Assembly (NCBI GenBank): GCA_046581755.1
Contig: JAYGFR010000283.1
Span: 1-43,909, forward strand
Length of the DNA stretch: 43,909 bases
Direction of reading: 5' to 3'
Source of the DNA: Nitrospinota bacterium
GTDB taxonomy: Bacteria > UBA8248
In this document: piece by piece, positions 38,028-43,909 of the stretch
Layout: each line of letters opens with the position of its first letter
How positions within the stretch are numbered: the first letter of the stretch is position 1
Translations under genes and position numbers: made by a program
Notes under the pieces: model-generated
The model's input: the letters and a program-made list of their open reading frames with translations, nothing else
Told to the model about the DNA's origin: nothing
Database searches by the model: none

Positions 38028-40714
38028 CGAAAAAGCGGAACTTGTCTTTTTACTTTCTCTTTCCGCTCTTCAATCTCTTTGAGATAGGCTTCAATCTGGT
38101 TTGCCCGGGCCGTTGCCCGGCGTCCTTCCCGGACCCTGGGGTCATCCTCGGCTCCATCGGCCGGGATAATCTTGCTAATGCGCGAGTAATAAGATAAAGC
38201 GCGGTTCCATTCCCCGCGCCGCTCCAACAAGGCCGCCGCATGCCATCCGGCAGCCCTGCGCCATTTAGATTTTGACAATTCCCCTGACGCCAAGCGCTCG
38301 AAGGAGGCAAGCGCCTCTTTCAGCTTTCCCCGATCCTCGAGATCCAGAGAAATTTGGTATCTCGCCGACTCAAAAATTTGCTGCCGGGGGGAGCGAACAG
38401 CAAGGCGGTAGGCCTTCAGAGCCGCCTGCCGATTCCCCTCCGCATCCCTCAAACTTCCCAGCCGAAACGCCGCCTCCGTTACCAAGGGATGGCCAGGAAA
38501 ACGATCCACAAACGAACCGTAGGCGTCCGCCGCCCGGCCCAATTCCTCGGTCTGCTCAAAAACGACACCCATTTGATAGGCCACTTCGGCATCATCGGGA
38601 TTCAACACTAAAATTTCCTTGAAGAAGGCCGACGCATCGGTGAATTTATTATCCTTCAATAAACATGATGCGGAAATACGCAACAGGCCCAAACGCCGGG
38701 AATTATCTATCTCGCCGGCAAGCGCTTTCTCCGCCATTTCGACTGCAAGGGGGCACTTGCTCAACTGGAAAAGGACCTGCACCCATAAAATCTGTCCTTC
38801 CCGCCGATCGGAAGGAGATAAATCATTCCAATTTTCAAGCGCCTCGCTGGCCTTTGTCCATTCACCCGCAGATGCCGCATCATGCGCCAGGAGGAGCCAA
38901 ATTTCCCTTCTTCGTTTGGCGTTTCCCTTTTCATCCTTCGCATAAGGCAGGAGAACGACCCGGCTCTCCTTGATTTTCCCCATCTCCCGATACAGCCGGC
39001 CGGCATTCAGCCGCACCTCCCTCTGCATTTTCGCTGGCAAAAGAGGAAGAGCCTCCATCAACCCCCGCAGTGCTACCTCTTTATCTCCCCGCGCCTCAGC
39101 AATTGCAGCCAAACGCAGACGGGCGCTGGATGCCAGTTCCGGGCGCCTTGCACCTATTAAAACCCTTCTGAAATAGATCTCGGCCTCCTCGTAGCTTCCC
39201 AACTGATAAGCGCACTCCGCGCGAAGAGAAGCCACCTCGGCCCTGTTTTTAACCGGAACACGCGCTCGGGGAACCAACTTGGCCAGCCGAACGGCGGGCT
39301 TGCATTTGCCCTCCCGGAAATGAATGCCCGCCGCACGGAGGACCCCCCGATACGACCCACTCAATAGTTCGGGATGAGCCTTCTTTTCGTCATCCTTGAG
39401 GCTTACGATTCGGGATAGCAATTTTTCATATTTTGCGGCGGCATCCTTGAGATGACCTGACTTTTCCAAAATCTCGGCTATTTGTAAATCAGCAGCAATT
39501 CCAACTGGCAATCGACCGGACGATTGAGCGACAATTCCATAATGCTCCATCGCCTCAACTTTCATGCCGGCGGATTGAAGGCACCCCGCGAACAATAACT
39601 GATCGCCTGGAGTCAACTCCGCCCCCCGTTTTGCGGCCTCATTGGCAAACCGAAGCGCCTCGCGGCCGCTCCAGCCGCACCCGCCGGAATACTTTACGCC
39701 CCGGAGAAATCTGCCAAGCAACCTGGACGTTCCCATTTCCGCTGAAACTATTCGGCGGTAGACTTTAGCCGCCCGTTGGTATTCCTTTTTCGCCCACCAC
39801 GAATCAGCCGCACCGCGCATCGCTTTTTGGCGTTGGCGGGCGGATAAAAGAAGAGCGAGTGTTTCCTCGAACGTCACAGCAGCTTTTTGATATTTTTTTT
39901 GGCCATAGAGACTCGCCGCAAGCGCCAGGCGAAACTCGGGACGACCCGCATCTTTCGGGTTCTTATCCATGACGTCCCGAAAAGTAGTTTCGGCCCGCGC
40001 ATATTTTTTTAAATGGAACTGAATAAATCCCAGGCGCAGCCGAGCCGTCCGGCTTCTGGCGCTTTTAGGATAACGGCCAATATTTGATTGATATAAAGCC
40101 TCGGCCTCTTCATAGCGTTTTAATTGGTCAATCGTTCTTGCCCGTTCGAATTCGACCGCCTCCACACGAGGGTCGTCCGGCAAAAGATCGACAAACTCTT
40201 TCATCGCGACCGCAGCGCCCATCCACTCCCGGGCCTTGAGGCGAATTTGCGCCATCCTGTACACCGATTCGGCGCGAAACGGCCCTTTGGGAAGCGATGC
40301 ATACACTCTGGCTGCACTCGAATTATCGCCTATTTTTTGAAACATTTCGGCCAATTGAAACCGGATTTTCGGCGCCCTCTTGTCTTTTGAGTGGCGCGTC
40401 AGAAACTCCCGGTGCACCGAAATTGCCTCTTTATATTTCTCAGCGTGCCGCAAGGCTTTGGCAAGAAAATATCGAGCGTTCGCCGCTCGCGGACCTCCGG
40501 GTTGGACATTCAAATAGCGCGCAAGAGCATCGGCGGCCGGGTCATAGAATCCATCCTGATACGCTTTCAGGCCGAAAAGAAGGATGTTTTCGGGTTTTTC
40601 GCGGTCTTGAGTGAAGGCTGATGAGGCCATCAAACCCGCAACTGCCCCCACCACCAGAAAAAGGCAAACCCTATCCCTGAGGTTTGTGCCCCCTCCAAAT
40701 TCCCAAACATTCAT
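38024..40714 (-). CDS. Large exported tetratricopeptide-repeat protein (about 900 aa)
   Basis: Signal peptide (LFLVVGAVAGLMASSAFT), repeated TPR motifs (GLKAYQDGFYDPA, YPKSARSRTARLRLG, FPGHPLVTEAAFRLG). The stop overlaps the next gene. Confidence 0.8.
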   Translation of the reverse strand: MNVWEFGGGTNLRDRVCLFLVVGAVAGLMASSAFTQDREKPENILLFGLKAYQDGFYDPAADALARYLNVQPGGPRAANARYFLAKALRHAEKYKEAISVHREFLTRHSKDKRAPKIRFQLAEMFQKIGDNSSAARVYASLPKGPFRAESVYRMAQIRLKAREWMGAAVAMKEFVDLLPDDPRVEAVEFERARTIDQLKRYEEAEALYQSNIGRYPKSARSRTARLRLGFIQFHLKKYARAETTFRDVMDKNPKDAGRPEFRLALAASLYGQKKYQKAAVTFEETLALLLSARQRQKAMRGAADSWWAKKEYQRAAKVYRRIVSAEMGTSRLLGRFLRGVKYSGGCGWSGREALRFANEAAKRGAELTPGDQLLFAGCLQSAGMKVEAMEHYGIVAQSSGRLPVGIAADLQIAEILEKSGHLKDAAAKYEKLLSRIVSLKDDEKKAHPELLSGSYRGVLRAAGIHFREGKCKPAVRLAKLVPRARVPVKNRAEVASLRAECAYQLGSYEEAEIYFRRVLIGARRPELASSARLRLAAIAEARGDKEVALRGLMEALPLLPAKMQREVRLNAGRLYREMGKIKESRVVLLPYAKDEKGNAKRRREIWLLLAHDAASAGEWTKASEALENWNDLSPSDRREGQILWVQVLFQLSKCPLAVEMAEKALAGEIDNSRRLGLLRISASCLLKDNKFTDASAFFKEILVLNPDDAEVAYQMGVVFEQTEELGRAADAYGSFVDRFPGHPLVTEAAFRLGSLRDAEGNRQAALKAYRLAVRSPRQQIFESARYQISLDLEDRGKLKEALASFERLASGELSKSKWRRAAGWHAAALLERRGEWNRALSYYSRISKIIPADGAEDDPRVREGRRATARANQIEAYLKEIEERKEKVKRQVPLFR

Positions 40715-40717
40715 CTG

Positions 40718-41572
40718 TTAAAGCTCCAACGGGATGTTATCGATCAGGCGCGTCGCTCCAATATGAGCGGCTACGGCTATCCGAGCGGATATATCGACCC
40801 GCTCAAGGGGCTTTAGGGTATCAGGATCGACAACCGCGATATAATCAATTTTAGCCTCCGCCATTTCGAGTTCCTGGCTGACCGCCAGGATCAGGATCGA
40901 CGCTTCCTTTTCCCCCGCAGCGAAAAGCTCGGTTGCCTTGCGCAATCCCCGACTCAGGGAAAGAGCCCTTTTACGCTCATCTCCCTGAAGATTGACATTC
41001 CGGCTGCTCAACGCCAGGCCATCCTTTTCGCGCACCGTTGGGCAACCTACAACCTCAATGCCCAGGTTCAAATCCAAGGCCATCCGCCGAATCAAAATAA
41101 GCTGCTGATAGTCTTTTTCGCCAAAATATGCCCGGTCAGGTTTACAGGCCGCGAACAATTTGGCAACGACCGTTGCTACTCCCCTGAAATGACCCGGCCT
41201 GTGTGGTCCGCACAGGCCCTCGGCCAATGAAGGGACCTCAATCAAAGTGGAAAATTCTTTTCCGTACATAGCATCGGCCGTTGGTGAGTAGATGGCGACA
41301 ACGCCTCTTGAGCGGCAAATGCGGATATCCGATTCATAATTTCTTGGATAGGTGCCATAATCCTCTCCTGGGCCAAATTGAGTGGGGTTCACGAAAATGC
41401 TGACGACAACAGTTGGACACTCTGAAACCGCGCGGTCGATTAAATGGATGTGCCCCTCATGAAGGGCTCCCATGGTCGGCACCAAGCCGAGCGGCCCATC
41501 ATTCGCCCGCAAAGACCCCGCCAAATTCCGCATTTCAGCCGGAGAGGAGACAATTTCCACGATATTGTCCAT
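40718..41572 (-). CDS. panC: Pantoate--beta-alanine ligase
   Basis: VPTMGALHEGH, SIFVNPTQF, RPGHFRGVATVV, FGEKDYQQL, REKDGLALSSRN, RLIDN. Confidence 0.96.
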   Translation of the reverse strand: MDNIVEIVSSPAEMRNLAGSLRANDGPLGLVPTMGALHEGHIHLIDRAVSECPTVVVSIFVNPTQFGPGEDYGTYPRNYESDIRICRSRGVVAIYSPTADAMYGKEFSTLIEVPSLAEGLCGPHRPGHFRGVATVVAKLFAACKPDRAYFGEKDYQQLILIRRMALDLNLGIEVVGCPTVREKDGLALSSRNVNLQGDERKRALSLSRGLRKATELFAAGEKEASILILAVSQELEMAEAKIDYIAVVDPDTLKPLERVDISARIAVAAHIGATRLIDNIPLEL

Positions 41573-41795
41573 TTAGCCCCAAGCCGCGCCATCCACCAGA
41601 CAGGCCGTCCAGATCCTCGGCCACCGACCTGTGAATGCCCTGCCCAGGCAATGAGGCGGAAACCGCACATTCCTGATCAACAGGCCCCTGTTTGCACCCT
41701 AAATTCCGGCGGACTAAGCGAATACTCTCAGATTTTGAGGGATGAAAACAAGACAAGTTTTATACGGCAAATGATTTTAGAAGATCCCCCCCGCC

Positions 41796-42305
41796 CTAGG
41801 TCCATTGCTCATCGAGGCGCTTGATCCAAGGCCCTCCTACGGGCAATTCGCTGAGGAGTTGCGCCGCCGTTTTCCCGATAGAGGGATGGATCATTTCAGG
41901 AGCCAGTTCGGCCAGTGGCTCCAGGACAAATCGCCGCTCATGCATGCTTGGATGGGGCACCCTGAGACCTGGAGATTCGATTGTCCGGCCAGCGTACAAA
42001 AGAAGGTCAATATCGATCCTGCGAGGCCCCCAGCGAACAGTTCTTTTTCGGCCCATCTCCTCTTCCACTTGGAGAATGGAGGCCAAAATCTCCATGGGAG
42101 AGAGACGTGTTCTCCACTCAGCGACGGCATTGAAAAACTGAGGCTGTTCGACTGGACCTACAGGCTCGGTGAGGTAGAAAGATGAAATTCCATGGAAATG
42201 GAGACCGGGGACTTTTTTCAGTCGTTTTACTGCCTCTTTAAGCTGGGCGGCAGGTTCATCCAGATTCGCGCCGAGCGAAACAAAGATACGCGATTCTTCG
42301 CTCAA
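41796..42305 (-). CDS. folK: 2-amino-4-hydroxy-6-hydroxymethyldihydropteridine pyrophosphokinase
   Basis: SLGANL, YLTEPVG, QPQFFNAV, RWGPRRIDIDLL, LRVPHPSMHERRFVLEPL. Confidence 0.95.
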   Translation of the reverse strand: MSEESRIFVSLGANLDEPAAQLKEAVKRLKKVPGLHFHGISSFYLTEPVGPVEQPQFFNAVAEWRTRLSPMEILASILQVEEEMGRKRTVRWGPRRIDIDLLLYAGRTIESPGLRVPHPSMHERRFVLEPLAELAPEMIHPSIGKTAAQLLSELPVGGPWIKRLDEQWT

Positions 42306-43477
42306 TACCCTGCTTTCTGAATACGGGCGATGGCCTCGCGAATGCGGTCTTCGGGAACGGTCAGCGCCATGCGAATGTACCCTTCACCGGTGGGGCCAAA
42401 TCCGTTGCCAGGGGTCGTTACCACGCCGCAGTTTTTCAAAATATGCCCGGTAAATTCAGACGAAGAATAGCCCTCCGGGCATTTTATCCATACATAAAAT
42501 GTCGCTTTCGGTGTATTGGCCTCCAGACCAAGCTCCGCAAGGCCTTCGAGCATCACATCACGCCGCCCTTGATAGGTTTTACACATATCCGCGACACACT
42601 CCTGGTCAGCACCCAGTGCGCCTATCGCGGCTTCCTGGACCGCCTGAAATACACCCGAATCCACATTGGTCTTGATAGCCCCCAGGCCGGCCAAAACATC
42701 TGAGTTTCCCACGGCAAAGGCAATGCGCCAGCCCGTCATGTTGTATGTCTTGGACAGCGAATGAAATTCCACACCGATTTCTTTTGCTCCCTCGGCATTC
42801 AAAAAACTCACCGGACGATAGCCATCGAATGCTATCTCCGAATAGGCGATGTCGCTGCAAACAATGATGGCGTAACTTCGGGCGAATTCGACCACCTCAT
42901 TGTAAAATCCCACTTCAGCGCAAGCGGATGTGGGGTTATTTGGATAGTTCAGAAACAAGAGTTTTGTACTTTTGGCAACCTCAGAGGGAATATCACCCAA
43001 ATTGGGCAGAAAACCCCGCTCCTCGGCCAAGGGCATAAAGTGGACCTGCCCATCGGCAAAATAAGTTCCGATTTCGTATACGGGGTATGCTGGATCGGGA
43101 ACAAGGGAATAATCTCCCGGATTGATGAATGCCAATGGAATATGGGCGATTCCCTCCTTTGAGCCAATCAAGGAGAGAACCTCGGTCCCCGGATTGAGAT
43201 TGACCCCAAATCGGCCTTCGTACCAATCGGCACAGGCCTTCCGAAATATTTCCATCCCCTCATAGGAAGGATATCGGTGATTTTGGGGGCGTCGGGCGGC
43301 CACGAAAAGCTCATTTATAATATGGTCAGGCGTCGGCAGATCGGGGTCGCCAATGCCCAAACTGATGATGTCCCATCCCTCGTCCTGGGCTTCTTTCTTC
43401 ATGCGGTCAATTTCAGCAAAGAGATACGGAGGAAGACGCTTGAGGCGCTCGGCCCGCTCAAAAGAAAATGAAGACAT
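42302..43477 (-). CDS. dapL: LL-diaminopimelate aminotransferase
   Basis: RLKRLPPYLFAEID, ISLGIGDPDLPTP, HRYPSYEG, LIGSKEGI, NYPNNPT, EFHSLSKTYNMTGWRI, TPGNGFG..GEGYIR. Confidence 0.85.
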   Translation of the reverse strand: MSSFSFERAERLKRLPPYLFAEIDRMKKEAQDEGWDIISLGIGDPDLPTPDHIINELFVAARRPQNHRYPSYEGMEIFRKACADWYEGRFGVNLNPGTEVLSLIGSKEGIAHIPLAFINPGDYSLVPDPAYPVYEIGTYFADGQVHFMPLAEERGFLPNLGDIPSEVAKSTKLLFLNYPNNPTSACAEVGFYNEVVEFARSYAIIVCSDIAYSEIAFDGYRPVSFLNAEGAKEIGVEFHSLSKTYNMTGWRIAFAVGNSDVLAGLGAIKTNVDSGVFQAVQEAAIGALGADQECVADMCKTYQGRRDVMLEGLAELGLEANTPKATFYVWIKCPEGYSSSEFTGHILKNCGVVTTPGNGFGPTGEGYIRMALTVPEDRIREAIARIQKAGY

Positions 43478-43770
43478 CAGTCACCTCAAAATGAAGACCA
43501 AATAGCCATTTTATTGGAAAATTTCAGTAAATTTCAAGGTTTCCCGTGAAACGTGGTGGAAACCTAGCATGTCACCTCCTCACCAGCAAGTCAGTTCAAA
43601 AAATCAGGCCAATATTATATATATCAATTAAAAACACCTAATTTCATCTAAAATGGTTGAACTTTATCCGATGAATCATTGGAAATAATGGTTTTAATCG
43701 ATCATAAATAGTGGTAGGTTAGTTTTGAGTGATGGTGATGTTTATAAGATATTGATTTCAAGTGGTATAA

Positions 43771-43909
43771 TGTACAGCTAGCCTTCTTCCGTGACGATTT
43801 AACGAACTTCTCCACGGTGTCAAGCGGTCGCTTTCCCATGTTCCTGTAGCCCTGGTGGGGGCGCTCGGTGTTGTAGAACCGAAGGTATTTATCCAGGTCC
43901 TTCTGGAGC
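43771..43909 (-). mobile_element. Right end of an IS481-family insertion sequence (transposase C-terminus, partial)
   Basis: Minus-strand translation LQKDLDKYLRFYNTERPHQGYRNMGKRPLDTVEKFV is a typical IS481 transposase C-terminus. The putative terminus reads 5'-TGTACAGCTAGCC at 43771 (IS481 ends begin with TGT), and the DNA turns abruptly AT-rich beyond it. Confidence 0.75.

Noticed and set aside
41573..41795. panB remnant between folK and panC
   Set aside because: No PanB-like residues recognisable in the 220-bp gap; panB is simply not here.

Overview
A GC-rich bacterial chromosomal segment with about 40 protein-coding genes; no rRNA, tRNA or CRISPR array was recognised. The left part is mostly catabolic and redox enzymes (two 2-hydroxyacid dehydrogenases, Gfo/Idh/MocA, two SDRs, a cyclase, Ldh_2, an M24 peptidase, an LLM oxidoreductase, etfBA, mrp/apbC, msrP) plus ddl and a lipid-modification operon. 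The right part holds a DEAD-box helicase, HU, hisC, larE-larB-larC-ThiS/MoaD, and a long minus-strand run dapL-folK-panC-TPR-TPR-exbB-exbD-tonB-maoC. The window ends in the right end of an IS481-family element. Highlights: (1) a deiodinase-like selenoprotein split by the ORF caller at an in-frame UGA, followed by an fdhF-like SECIS; (2) an SprT/WLM-like zinc protease ending in a beta-clamp-binding-type motif, an architecture resembling SPRTN/Wss1; (3) a cyclopropane-fatty-acid synthase split into two genes around an FAD reductase; (4) a nickel-pincer cofactor operon translationally coupled to a Gly-Gly sulfur carrier; (5) a receptor-less ExbBD-TonB motor beside two giant TPR proteins, one carrying a TonB-box-like motif; (6) a second in-frame UGA in an SDR. 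All family calls come from motif recognition by eye, not database searches.
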